Below, piece by piece: positions 38,228-52,159 of a DNA stretch of 64,000 nucleotides. Each line of letters opens with the position of its first letter. The stretch's first letter is position 1. The stretch comes from Eledone cirrhosa (lineage: Eukaryota): the NCBI GenBank assembly GCA_964016885.1, contig OZ024742.1, positions 232,128,001-232,192,000 on the forward strand, written 5' to 3'. Both the position numbers and the translations under genes were made by a program. The notes beneath the pieces are model-generated. The model saw only the letters and a program-made list of their open reading frames with translations, did not search any database and had not been told where the DNA came from.

Positions 38228-39084
38228 AATCCACCGTTGGAATCGGAGACATAGGCCACGAAACACGATCATCACTGACAACGAACTCAGAGAGAATCCC
38301 TTATGGTTGATTCCCAACCTGCTAGAAATAGCAGTCAGGTTGGTTAGCATACATGGTATGTCTTTCTTCTTCTTTGGTGTTATAAAATTAGTACCAATAA
38401 ACTTTCCTGGATATACTCTTATCCCAATCCTGTACATACTTTCCGATTGTCACTTTGTTTTTTTCGTGTGATACGCGAAGGAACCAACCAACAAACATCT
38501 CTCTTTTATTTGTTCATTCAAAATATTTTTCAGCTAATTCTGTCTTACAATATAAATCAGCAATCGTTATATAATGTTTAAAACATATGAATAGCTGCGA
38601 TATATGTACCATATCAATCAAAAACGATATGAGAATTGAATACCATACTAAAGCGCCACTAAGCTTGCTAAGAACCTGCAGATAGAAATGTTAATAAATA
38701 CAATATTTGGCTTGGGTAAACTTTAAGATGTTCTTTCATTGTAGGTTTCTTTTCTCCTTCTCTCCTCTTCCTTAGCTCGCCCTAGAGCATCCTACATACA
38801 ATTGACTATGGTTTCCCCAGATGAAGGCCAGCCACTTTTAGAGTTTGACCCTGAGCTTTGTTGATGGTAATCGCGAAGCTTACGCTCTCTGTTGCTCGAG
38901 TAACACATTTTCTTCTGGAAAATCTGATCTTGCGGCCAGGCTAGGACTTTTTGGGTGGCATATCGGCAGTAACAATGACGATAAGCCGTCTGTGCTTTCG
39001 TGAAATAAATACGTTTGTTTACATTTTATTTTTGTGTATGCAAAAATATCTGTACACGAATAGATAATTATATATATATATATA

Positions 39085-39261
39085 TAGAAGTGGTTACACA
39101 ACAGTTAGTTCACCATACAGAGAAAAATTGTTTCACCTTAGCGGATCCTCAGCTCGTAATGGACATGTTCCGTATAACTATGTCCATTACGAGCTGAGGA
39201 TCCGCTAAGGTGAAACAATTGTTCTCGGTATGGTGAACTAACTGTTGTGTAACCACTTCTA
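39085..39261. repeat. Near-perfect palindrome: 82-bp arms (80/82) and a 13-nt spacer
   Basis: 39085-39166 is the reverse complement of 39180-39261 except at 39119/39227 and 39125/39221. Confidence 0.97.
39184..39233 (+). ncRNA. Minimal type I hammerhead ribozyme motif (Penelope-type); mutated mirror copy at 39113-39162(-)
   Basis: ccauuacgag-CUGAGGA-uCCgcuaaGGu-GAAAC-aauu-GUU^cucgguaugg; stem I is 4+4 bp with a 2x2 internal loop; palindromic AAUU loop III. Confidence 0.65.
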
Positions 39262-39340
39262 CCTAAATCGTCCCATGGACTGAGTGCTCTACCACTACGG
39301 ATATTACCTTCCAGTGTTCTACCACTATATATATATATAT

Positions 39341-39753
39341 ATTAAAATAACAGATTAAAGTTTAAGCAAAGAATCACTGCTTTCACCCTTAATAGGATCT
39401 TCTGAAACTAAAAAATCAATCTGTGAACGCAGAAGTAAGTATTTCAAAAAACGTTGTAACCGAAAGAAAACAGGAAGATGATACTTTGCTTCGAATGTTG
39501 TATAACCGGAAGTGTTGTATAACAGGAAGCCGTTAGGAATGTTGTATAACCGGAAGTGTTGACATTTGAAATTTTAAAGAAGTGAATATTCAAATAAGTC
39601 TTTAATCTTTTAACAAAATGCAGTAGACAAAAATACCCTCACTTTCTTACTTGGAAAAAGTTACATCTATGGTGCAAATTTGGTGCCATTTGGTCCAGCC
39701 GCTTGGCGGAAAGTTTAATACTTATATACAGCTGTCAGCTTTATAGTATAGAT
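39341..39753 (+). mobile_element. Non-autonomous Helitron/Helentron-like (HINE) element with internal short tandem repeats
   Basis: Internal repeats of tgttgtataaccggaag; 3' part gtgcaaatttggtgcc...ccagccgcttggcgg hairpin...ctttatagtatagat, the same terminus style as 479-733. Confidence 0.55.
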
Positions 39754-40506
39754 TGTGTCTTGTGAGAATTAACCAAAATATTATTGCACTATTTTGATTA
39801 TAGTTAATAATTATTTCTATTCACTTAAGAAGTAAAATTCATCATCATCATCATTGTTTAATGTCCATTTTTCCATGTTATCACGAGTTGTCCCGTGAGT
39901 CAAGCCAGGTCAGGTCAGAGGACCATCTCTTGCTCATACAGAACTGATTTTGGCTTGGTTTCTATGGCTGGATGCCTTTCCTAACACCAATTACATTTAC
40001 AGTGTGTGCTGGCCGCTTTTTGTTATGTCACCACCATGACCACTTTACAGTGTGAGCTGAGCGCTTTTTGTCATGACACCTACACGTCCACTTTACAGTG
40101 AGGACCAGGTACTTTTTGTCATGTCACCAACATGACCACTTTACAGTGTAGGCTTACATCCAGTACATACATCATCATGGCATGGGTTGGAAGATGCTGC
40201 CACGGACTAAGACTAGATGGGCCATGGTACAATGTCTTGCTCATACATTCTATCTTTAGCATGGTTCTACAGTTGGATGCCCTTCCTAATACCAACCACT
40301 TTACAGAGTGTAATGGATGAATTTCATTTGGGCATTAACACAACCACTTACAGCATGTACTAGGTGAATTTGATTATAGCAACACTAGAAGGGCCATTGT
40401 GATATTAGCAGGGTGAAGAGAGGCGGTATTGTAAAGATGGGAAAAATTACAAGTAAGACAGGGAAACATATGTATATGGAACAGAAAGGAATAATCTGGA
40501 ACTTAC

Positions 40507-40603
40507 CAGCACTGGCAGTAAGCTTGTGTCCGACCTGCTGTGACCAACCAACTGGGTGGATAAGTGGGGATTTGAAATGGCACCAAAACTCGTTCGTCTC
40601 ATC
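40507..40603 (-). CDS. MBTD1: MBTD1/Sfmbt exon, end of MBT repeat 2
   Basis: DETNEFWCHFKSPLIHPVGWSQQVGHKLTASA, phase 0/1. Confidence 0.96.
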
Positions 40604-42169
40604 CTGAGAGTAAAATAGCAGCTGGTGAATACACCTAAGCAAGCTAACTAGACTGTGGTAGAGACAACCACCTTGAAAGTAGATATGAAGACCATAATAT
40701 GACATTTCCAGTCAGCTCTTAGAATATTACCAAAAGTCAGCACCAACTAAAAAGTAGAAAAACAAGAAACGGTTCAGGAAATAAAGAAGATCCTCCTTAC
40801 TGATGTATAAAAATAGCTACAGTGAAACAACAAACATCATGCAAATGGATGAGCTTTTCCACAAATGAAACTAAAAGGAACCTTCAAAGAGTAATATACT
40901 AATTCATAATATACCACAACACTATGAAAATACTATGGTAACCGATAACTAATTACCAAAATAAAGCCAAATTGACTTCATATGAAAGGAAATATGCTAG
41001 TAAGAAAAATCAGAGCAGAAATATACTAGCAAGAAAATTCAGAGAAATACTATACAAGCAAAATTTCAAGATGAAAAATCTAATATTTCTTTAAAGTATA
41101 ACTGACAAGCTCTTACTACTAAGAATGAAACTGATTTGTAAACAAAAACTTAAATATAACACAGGATTATATAATCATAAAAATGAGTGGAATTACAATC
41201 CAACATATTTAGCCCTTTAGCATTTACATTACTCTATATTTACTATTGTATTTTTGTGGTAAAGGCTTTATCTCACATAACATTGAATCTATGAAATTTT
41301 GATATTTATTTTGAGAACAATACTTTAACATCAGTATGAGTAGCTGGTTACGACCAGTTTGAACAGAAAGAGGTGAGAGAGTTCTGGCTGGATATAGCTG
41401 GTTTAAATACAATTTTAACAACTTTTCTAAAGAATATTTTCCAAAAGTACCAATAATCCATCATATATATATTTGGATATTTAAAAGAGAAAAGACAAAG
41501 AGATATCTAAAACCAGTTGAATCTATCATAAATGTGTGTGTGTGCAGTAAAGCAAAGTTTTATTTTATTTTTAATGGGTTAATTACTGGTCCACTAAATT
41601 TCTGACAGCAGAGAGTGACATGGGAGTGCCACCAGTTTTTCAATTCAAATCCTTTACATATATACATCAGTGAAAGATGTATATATTCACAAACCCTGAA
41701 AATAATGTGAACTTTTGACAATAAAACCCTGTCTAAGTGCACAAATACACACACTACATAACAACAAAATGCCATCTGAACCATTATTATGAATCAAAAA
41801 GGAATTTTCTAGTGAATCAATTGAATCCTGACCTGTTGACCCCTCGCACCACACACACGCACACAAACACTTCCTCCATCACCACCCCACCCCCATAAAG
41901 AAATTTTGACAGAAAATTCACATATGTTCTAACTTCCCACAGAATATGAAAACTTTTTTAATATTTGATAAGATTGACATACCAATTGAAACCAGTAATA
42001 TTTGACAAAATTTAAATCCATTTAACATAACAGTTATAAAAATATTCATTGCCGGATTAAAGAAAAAATAATCTTTAAATATACACCTATGCTTTTTCAC
42101 TTTTACTTTTTACCAAAAATCTTTGATTTGTATAAAACTTTACCCCCATTTCAACTATATATTTCAGTA

Positions 42170-44495
42170 AGCAAGAGAAAGAACGAGACATACAGGAAGG
42201 TGTGAACAAGAAAGGTCTGGAAGCTAAAAGACCTTTCATTAAAATATAAATTTCGCAAAGCCCTTCAAGATGTATATGACGAAAACGAAGACGATTTAGA
42301 GTTGTATGACATAGATGATAACTGGAATTTCTTGCGTGACAACTTACTGCAGGCTACTGAAGAAACTTGTGGTTGGGGCAGAGGTTCAATCAGAAAGAGT
42401 GACCTTGTGCTGGAACAGCATGGTAGATAGGACCATTAGAGACAAAAGACTGGCATGGAAGGCTTGGAAAAAGGGTGGGAGTAGAGAAAGATACACAGCC
42501 GCCAAGAGAGAAGCTAGACATCAAGTGTACTTAGCACGCAGGGAGGCTGAGAGTAGGAGGTTTGCCAATGTTCTGCGACGGGAAGATCAGAGACTTTTAG
42601 TTTTCTGCATTGCAAGGCAGTGTGTCAGTGCAAATATGGATGTTGTTGGAGATAAGTGTGTCCGGAATGATGCCGGTGTACTTAGTGTCTTGAATGATCA
42701 AAAAAGGAGGCCTGGAAATGTTATTATGAGAGACTGATGAATGTGGAGAACGAATGGGAGAGAGAAATTACCCCCAGTAGACCCGACAGAGGGACCAGCT
42801 ATTGAGATTGACGAATATAGGTACAAGAGGCAATTAAAGAAATGAAGAATGGTAAGGCTGCTGGACCGTCGGGGATAGTTGCTGAGATGCTGAAGGCACC
42901 AGAAGTTGGCACTAAACTGGTTGTACGCATCATCAACCAAGCTATTTATGGTGGTGTCATACCCAAAGACTGGTGCAGCAGTATTCTCATAAATTGATAC
43001 AAAGGTAAAAAGGATGCTCTAGATAGGAGCAATTATAGGGGCATAAAGCTGATGGATCAGGTTATGAAAGTGGCAGAGAGAATATTAGCGCAACTGATTA
43101 GAGAAAGGGTCAAATTAGATGAGATGCAGTTTGGTTTTGTGCCTCGGAAAAGTACAACAGATTCCCTCTTCTTAGTGAGGCAACTACAAGAGAAGTTATT
43201 AGAGAAGAATAAGCCACTATACTTAGCCTTTGTTGACCTAGAGAAGGCCTTTGATAGGGTACCCCAATCTGTCATCTGGTGGTCCCTAAGGAAACTAGGT
43301 GAAGAGGAATGGCTTGTGAGGACAGTGTAAACTATGTACAGGGGTGCTGTCAGTAAAGTGAGAGTAGGAATGGTGTTTAGTGAGGAATTCCAGATACAAG
43401 TAGGTGTACATCAGGGTTTGGTCCTCAGCCCGCTCTTGTTCATTATAGTCCTCCAAGCCATAACAGAGGAGTTTAAGACTGGATGCCCATGGGAACTTCT
43501 CTATGCTGATGATCTGGTTCTTATAGCAGAATCAGTAGAGGAGTTAGAGAATAAATTCTGGCTATGGAAACAGCAGTTGGAATCAAGAAGACTGAGAGTG
43601 AACATAGCTAAGACAAAAGTGTTGATAAGTAGAAGAGAGGACAATACTCTGATTCCATCAGGGAAATGGCCATGTTCGATATGCAGAAAAGGAACTGGCA
43701 TAAATTCTATAAAATGTACACAATGCAGATCTTGGGTACACAAAAAATGTAGTGGGATAGCAGGCAAACTAACAGGTAGGGAAAACTACGTATGCAGTAG
43801 ATCTACATGGAAATTTGGGAGTAGTAATCGTAGTGATAGATACATTTTTCCAATGCAGGTGGGTTCTATAGAAGTGGTTGATAGCTTCCAGTACCTGGGT
43901 GATCAGATTAGCATGGGAGGGGGGAGTTCCAAGGCCATAGTATCTAGAATAAGGACGGGTTGGAAGAAGTTTAGGGAGCTGCTTCCTCTGTTGACAAAGG
44001 GTTTCTCCCTGCTTATGTAAGGACGGTTATATGATGCTGGTGTGAGATGCATAATGCTGCATGGTAGTGAGACATGGGCAGCAACTGCAGAGGATATGCG
44101 ACGGCTGGAGAGAAATGAAGCAAGTATGCTCCTTTGGATGTGCAATGTCAATGTGCGTGAACGACCAAGCATAGACGAGTTGAGAAAGAAACTGGGTATA
44201 AGAGGGATAAGTTGTGGTGTGCAGGAGAGAAGGCTGAGATGGTATGGACATGTGATGTGCATGGAGGATGACCGCTGGGTAAAGAAGTGCCAAGAAATTA
44301 CAGTAGAAGGAAGACGCAGTAGAGCTAGACCACAAAAAACATGGGCGGAGGTGGTGAGAGCAGACCTCAGATCGCTGAAAGTCACAGAGGAGATGATGAG
44401 ATGAGGGACCCTGACAAATGGAGAGATGCTGTGCTGACCGTCCAACCCTTGCAAGCAGGGAAAAGCGGACATAAAATGTCGATGATGATGATGAT
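42170..44495 (+). mobile_element. 5'-truncated RTE-clade LINE (~2.3 kb, RT region to 3' tail) with stops and frameshifts
   Basis: NYRGIKL, QFGFVP, DLEKAFDRVP, LLYADD, FQYLG, LHGSETW, RRLRWYGHV and a (GAT)n tail. Confidence 0.95.
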
Positions 44496-47400
44496 ATATT
44501 ATCCTATGTGAGTGTAAGCAAAACAACCCAATTAATTGAACTGCAAGCCCTAAAAAACTTTACATAGCCATACAACCTGCTAGAAACAGTAGCCAAATTT
44601 CCTGGGAATCACATCCTAACACATAGGATAATGTAATTCTAAATACACTATGTCTATATGAAAGACAAGATGGTCACAACAGGAACATATGATCAATCAT
44701 CGCTGACCTAGGGCTAAACAACAATATCCAGGAGCAATAATTATATCCAAACGAAGTGAATGTATTTTTACAATAACTATTTTTCAATGATCCATTGGCT
44801 TAATGAATCTATTTACAACTGATTCAGGGAGGATATCAGTCTGAATAAATATAAGCTATTGCTATAACCAGTATGTTTTGACAGAAGATAATAAAAAGAT
44901 ACAAAACGAATATTGTAAGGTTTTGATTTATTAGTAGCTTATTATTTTGATATGTTCTAAGTAAATATATTATCACCTCTGAGGTGAATTAAATAAATAC
45001 TAGGATTGATGTAACAGACTATGGCTTAGAAAGTGGTGCCGTAATGACTGAAATTAGTAAAGGAAAGAATAACAACGACAGAAGCTAACAAACAAAAGAT
45101 ATACCAAACACCAGAAAGAAATTTTCAGCAATAAATTACACATATGACTCCAAACAGACTTCCAAAGAATGGAATGTTTCAATGTAACTTTCCTGACAAT
45201 AATTTTGGATTGGATCTATGCAAAATATGTTTTCCTATACTCCTCTAAAACTAATCCAAATGACACAAAGTAAAGAACTTTAGATTCTCTAGAGTAGATA
45301 AATTTATGTAATAAAAGATTTAATCGATAGGAAATTAGACAAGAGTGACCAGAATGGTTAACTGTAATATTTAAGATTTATAGCTGGAAAATGTTTCATA
45401 TGATGCAGAAGCATTTATCATCTATTTTAATTATACATATTTTTTAATAATCCAAAATAAATATTCAAAAAGTAATAATTCAAGTAGGAGTAACTTCAAC
45501 AGTATGAAGCTCCTTGTTGTTTCCTGTCATTCCAAAAGAACAATAGTGGAAACAACAAAGAGTTATAATTCATCTTTCATTACAATGAGGGGTAAAATTT
45601 GTAAATACAATAAAGGACATTTGCATAAGTGGCTGTCTCTACAGAAAAATAATAACAACTAAAGAAAAATAAAGAGAGCTCTTACAATTATTTCTGAAAT
45701 TATTCAAACATAATTTTAAGAGCAGAGAGGAAAAAAAACAAAAAAAAAAAAAACAATAGCATAAAATTTTCAAATATATACATGAAAAACATTTTTTTTT
45801 TTCACCCTTTGAAAGGTTTCTGAAATAAACAATTCCACATACATAGACTAGATAATTTTAATATACACATTTTTTGTAAGATTTACATTATAATGTTTTA
45901 TACATTCTGCTATAACTAAAATATGGACAAAGAAATAAACATAAAAAAACTTTACAGTTATGAACAAATTATCAGAATTTTGCTATAAAGTCCACTAAAT
46001 TAGGTAACCAATCAAATCCATTAAATAATTATTTTTAACACACCCCACAGTTTCTTTATCTATGTGAATAGAGGCATGTGTCTGCCTGCTTGGATGTTTG
46101 TATAACTGAATATATGTATATGCATGCACACCTAAGTATAATTGTCTAAATACATACTTTATACAATTGTTTTAAAATCATTCACAATTAATTCATAGAC
46201 AAGACTGATGTAAAGGACCAATTTTTTTAGGAATGGGGGTGGGAGCTAGGGTGAAAACCTATCACAGCTGGACCCAAGAAAGATCTGTCATTATGCCACA
46301 TAAGGAAACATCAAGCCAGTTATATAGGTGAGAATGGAGGCTATGTTTAGGTTCAAGAAATCAAGAGAGTATAAAACTTACAAAATTGTGTAGTAGAATA
46401 ACCTTACAATCAGAACACAACTTTAAAAAAAATCCCTGTTTATCAAATGTCCAGAAATAGCTGCTAGCCACATTGACCAGAAAGAAGTGGTCACAAATTT
46501 ATCTTTGGTGAAGAATATATCCCTCAACAAGTGGTATCTTAATGCAGCCACTAATATGTTTTGTAAGAGGTGTACAGCTCCGATTAGTCATGTTGAGATA
46601 GTATGGTGAAAAAAAAACAAAGTACACCCCGTATGGTGATCTGATGCTACAACAAAGCACCTAGTCCACTCTGTAAGGTGGATGTGTTGGTGACAACAAA
46701 AATGCACCCAGTACACCCTATTAAATGGTCATTTTGGTGACACAATAAAAAGCACCCAGTCCACACTGTAACATGGTTGGCAACCAGCCATAGAAACCAA
46801 GCCAAAATACAGATCCATATGAGCAAGACATGGTCACCTGACCTGATTTGTCTCATGACGTGACAGCCCACTTAACCCATGCAAGCATGGAAAAATAGAC
46901 GTTAAATGGTGTCGATGATGAACTCTTTAAATCTTGTAATGATTTAACATATCTAAATATCTAAAACCAGGTTCGTTAATTCAAAAGTTTATAACATTTT
47001 TATTAGTGGACAGACCGTTATGAAAATTTGAAGTAAACTAAAGTCAGCAACTTCTAATGTGATGCAGCCATAGTGCTATTTCATGCTTTTCAAGAATGTT
47101 TTTTCTTATGCAGTTTCATGAGATACAGAATGTTAAGATTTAATAAAGCACTTTGAGTACCCAGACTATAAGTAATGGGAGAAGTTAGGCAGCAGGTATT
47201 GCTATAAAGGAACTAGATAAAATGTCAGAAACTATCTAGTCCAGAAAGATCTAGAGAGCAGTGTTTTTGCAATGTCTAACATTGTCAATGAAACCGAGAT
47301 AGAATTGCAAAAGAGCATATGCAATGAAATAAAAGAAGCATGGAAGTGTTATTATGAGGGGTTGATGAATAAGGAGAATGAATAGAGTAGGGAGGACATG

Positions 47401-47869
47401 TTGGTAAAATTGTAAGTCACTTGTGTCAATGTTTTCTATAATAAGCTCAATAAATATCACTATTCATGATAATAACAAAATCAGGAATTATTGTGAGTTC
47501 ACACTTATATATGTTTAGCTGGTCTCCCATGAGGTTACATCTTATAGTGGGTGTTTTAATTATAATGGCCCAAGTTCTATCATATCACACTTTTCTAGTG
47601 ACAAAAGGCAGAATTTGAACTCAAAATGCTGAGCCAGAACATATAACTGATACTCTAAAAATTCTGTCAATCCTCTGTTATGGATGGTACAAGATTTATT
47701 GAATCCTAAAAGGATGAAAGGCTGGTACAAGATTTATTGAATCCTAAAAGGATGAAAGGCTAAGTAGACTGAAGCAGAATATGAGCTAGAACAACTACTG
47801 CAGAACACTTAATCCAGTACATGTGGCAGATGCAAAAGGATAGTTAGTTGTAAGAGCATTTTCAAAACA

Positions 47870-48490
47870 AATATTTTCCAATCCCTGGAAAGCGCCATAG
47901 AAGTGGCTGAAAGTTTCTTCCACCTAGGTGATCAAATTAGTGGAGGAGGCTGCACCAGTAGCTAGGTTAAGAACAGGACGGGGAAAGTTCAGGGAGCTAC
48001 AACCCTTGTTGGCAACAATAGGTTTCTCTCTACGAAGGAAAGGTCAGCTGTATGATGCTTATGTGTGAAGTGCAGTATTGTATGGTAACGATACATGGGT
48101 AATAAATGCAGAGGATATGTGAAGGCTAGAGAGAAATGAAGTGAGGATACTCTGATGGATGTGTGTGTAAATGACAAAGTGTGGATGAGCTGTGATAAAA
48201 GCCAGATATAAGGAGAATCAGATGTAGTGTGCAGAGAAGAAAATTACACTGGTATGGTCATGTAATGCATAGGGATGGTGATCATTGGATGAAGAAGTGG
48301 CAAAAAATCCCAGTGGAAGAGAGCTACAGCAGAGGGAAAGCAAAGAAGACTTGGACAGAGGTTGTGTTACTGAAGCTCGCAATCGAGTTAATGAAGGATG
48401 ACAAGTAGTGGGATGCTATGCTGGAAAAAAACTTATCCAACCCATGCAAGCATGGAAAAATGGAGGATGTAAAACAGTGATGATGATAAT
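47870..48490 (+). mobile_element. Old RTE LINE 3' fragment
   Basis: Homologous to 43860-44495 (atagaagtgg...cctaggtgatcaaattag...aacccatgcaagcatggaaaa). Confidence 0.85.
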
Positions 48491-48832
48491 GATAGCTTTC
48501 AGAATTGTGTCAATGTGTTTCCATAATGAAAATACAAAGCTCTATAGATTATCACTATTCATAATAGTAATGGTTTCTGATATAGGCACAAGGCCAAGAA
48601 TTTTGGGGGAGGGAAATTAAATCTACCCCAGTGCATTACTGATACTTTACTTTATCGACCCCATAAGGATGTAAGGCAAAACCAACCTCGACGGGATTTG
48701 AACTGAGAACGTAAAGGGATGTAACTATATGCTGCAAAGCATGTTGTCCAACACTCTACCGATACTGCCAAGTCACTGCCCTTAATATTATTCATAATAA
48801 TAATAATAGGAACACTGAAAAATGATACTTAC

Positions 48833-48970
48833 CCCCTCATATTGCAATTTCAAACGGCCTCCAACTATTTCATCAATAGTGGCAACCCGCATAGATGAAA
48901 CACACATCTTGTTGACCACTTCAACATTCATTCCTCTTTTAAACTTGTGATCATTCAAAGAATCCAATAC
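48833..48970 (-). CDS. MBTD1: MBTD1/Sfmbt exon, MBT repeat 2
   Basis: VLDSLNDHKFKRGMNVEVVNKMCVSSMRVATIDEIVGGRLKLQYEG, phase 0/0. Confidence 0.96.
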
Positions 48971-50330
48971 CTATAAAGAATTAATTTAAATGGGAATAAA
49001 TAAAACCTAGATAGAGCTTTTGAAGCAAAATAATAGCACAATAAACAGTCAGTTGCATAATAATTAGTGATCATTGGTACTTATAATGAAGGCACGTTAC
49101 TTAGTGGTTAGTGTGTTGGGCTCACGGTCATAAAGTTGTGTTCAATTCCTAGACCAAGCAGCAACATAATTTCATATTGCTCCAGTTCACTCAGCTGGAA
49201 AATTTTAATACCAGTAACAGATGGGAATTCATCCCTCATTTGGCTGGTATACAGTCCAAGGAAATACATTTGGCTATGACAATACTGATGCCAAGCTGTA
49301 TTGGCTTTTGCCTTTCCCTTGAATAACTGCTGGTAATCTCCAAAACAACTTGCTCAGGCTTAGATCTTGGAGAGGAGCTTTCCAGAAACAAACCAATATT
49401 TCCAGAGGTGGAGCAATGGGAGTTCTGACATACAAGAAATAGCAGTCAAATCTGCCTCAAACCACACCCTACCCTCTTAGAAAAGAACATGTGGGATAAT
49501 GTGGTTCTAGCTTGTCTTCATAAGGGTTAAAGAACATTTGATCAGTGCAAAGAAACCATATGAATATTTTTACTGGTTCCAGCCAATCGGCTGGGATCTT
49601 TCCAGGACACTGCTGTATAAATAATATATTACAGATCTATCCACAACAAATCACACCAACTACCAAGTATACAAAACAACACACTTCACATCATCACAGG
49701 CTGTACCGAGAACACCTACATAATGAAAAACAACTTATACATACAAAGATGTTCAGACAGTACAAGAATAGTAATACGATTAGTAGCCTCATTAGCACCA
49801 AACACTGCTAGAATGCACATCACAATAGATAAGTGCAAAGAAACAGCAAATGTTATACAGACAAGCCACACTCCACCCCCTACTTATCAGTGGCAATATT
49901 AGCAGCTTCAACAACATCACTCACTCACCTCATACCTCAAATACCATATTTAAACTCCAACAGCAAGAAAAACGTTTTTATTAAACATTTTTTAAAATCA
50001 GTCATTTACATGAATAAGAAAAGATGAGTTTGTGTTAGCATATTTAATGCATAACAGAACAAATGGTTAACTAGAAGTAAATATGCACCAAGTATACTCT
50101 TTTAAAATGGTACTGCTGAAACCAAAATAAAATGTGGTACTGTTGGTGTCAAGATAAAATACAACAACTATATTCTATAAAGTATTTAGTATTAAAAAGA
50201 GGCATCAAACTAGAAACCATGCCAGTATATCTATTGTATCATAAAGAAATTCAGCTTAAATGATATACATTTTCTGAAAATCTACTATCTACTATACATG
50301 CTATAGTTTCAAATAATAAATGACCATTAC

Positions 50331-50419
50331 CAGATTATAAAAGTTACTGGGGAGTGTCCTCGCACCAGTAAGCCGCTTAACCAAGAATTCCTTCCAATCA
50401 GCATATTTGGTTTGAATTG
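50331..50419 (-). CDS. MBTD1: MBTD1/Sfmbt exon, start of MBT repeat 2
   Basis: (S)IQTKYADWKEFLVKRLTGARTLPSNFYNL, phase 1/0. LVKRLTGAxTLP is typical of MBTD1/L3MBTL2/Sfmbt. Confidence 0.97.
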
Positions 50420-51961
50420 CTGCAAATGTAAGAAAAATATAACAAATAAAAAAAAATAGAAAAATATGAACATCTGCTTTTTATCGGAGGGGGAGTGGTG
50501 GGTCAAGCTATTTTGTTTTTATATAAAGTTATATTAGTCCTGTATGTAGTATTAGTGAATAAAAGTAAAGGAACCAATCATCAAATAAGATGAAGAAAAC
50601 AGTATTTCCATTGCTAATACTACCTGCTAGTCAACTTAAGCAGTAGGAAGTAGGATTTGAATTCAAAATCCACAGAGCTAAATCAGATATCACAAAGTGA
50701 TATCAGTAAACCTTGTTTGGATTCAATATTGAGATAATAAACTCCTAAACAATTATGCATCAACAAATTAGATACAGTGAATTTCTTTTTCTATTAAAAA
50801 TCATTAGTTATTTTTCTTAAAAATTCATATTGACACCAGATTATGATGAGTTTTGGTGTTATGTACACATCCAAACTTGATGACAATCGAAATAAAGTGA
50901 AAATATGACAATTTTTTTTAAATATTCATCTCTAAAGATGAGGTTAATAGTTCAGAAAATCATAATTGCATTAATATCACAGCATGTACCAGGTTCACTT
51001 TCTTGTGGTACCACTTCTACCATCCAAAAGTGTAGGCTATGCACATTTTATTGTGGAACCATCACTACAAATTTACAGAGTAAGTTGCATGCATTCAATG
51101 TGCTAATAATTCAAGATTCTGTATATACAGAATAAAGCAATATTATTAACCCTTTAGCATTTATATTACTCTATATTTACTATTGTATTTTCACGGTAAA
51201 GGCGTTACCTCACATAATATCGAATCTATGAGATTTTGATGATATTTATTTTGAGAACAATAACTTAACATTGGTATGAGTGGCCAGTTACAGTCGGTTT
51301 GAACAGTAAGAGGTGAGAGAATTTTGGCTGGATATGGCCGATTTAAATGCTAAAGGTTTAAACACAAACATTGTTAGCTTTCTAAATGTAAATATTAATC
51401 TAAGTATGAGGGGGGCACGTACTCACTCTTTATTACAGAGAAAACTTGGATGTTGTGTCAGCAAATTAAGAGTCTTAATTAGCAACTCTGATTGCTTGTC
51501 TGTGAGAATTTAATTATAGAAACACAAGAAATTTAGTGAACCGCGGTTGTCAATATTTCTTTCTTAAAGTAAATGTGATATAATCCATGAATGTGTTCTT
51601 TTTTCCATCCATGTTTCTAACATTTTCATTACTGCATGCTAAAATATCAGATTATCTACTACTTTAAATATTTTACAATTTAGTATGACAAAGAATGAAA
51701 TGCAATTTACAGATCACCCCATAAAGGTTTAGCTGGCCTCCTACAAAAATGCACCTCAGGCGTTTAAATGACAGGAGATCTGGTCCTATCATGAAAAGCA
51801 GCTCAAAATAAAATGCATTGGCTGGTCCAGAAATCTGACCCATGACCTTATGATCATGTGTCCAGCATCCTAACCACTTGGCCACCATCTTCATCTTAAC
51901 AAATTTCAGCTCAGGACTTCATTCATTATTGAAAAGATTTATAAAAAAGAACAAAATACTA

Positions 51962-52159
<198 letters not shown>

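Noticed and set aside
38013-38471. ORFs with YIYI/HTHT/CVCV runs (also 60396-60793 and the poly-K/poly-F ORFs at 7620-7888)
   Set aside because: They are translations of microsatellites or homopolymers.
38818-38885. Possible decayed long-stem hammerhead (cagatgaaggcc...cgaagc)
   Set aside because: Both core boxes deviate from CUGANGA and GAAA; it cannot be supported without a family consensus.
43903-44526. 207-aa minus-strand ORF, and similar ORFs at 4956-5504, 6374-6916 and 19884-20318
   Set aside because: They are antisense shadows of retroelement coding sequence with no independent motif.
47686-47761. 38-bp direct duplication (similar short ones at 5181-5219 and 26182-26219)
   Set aside because: Ordinary slippage duplications inside old repeats.
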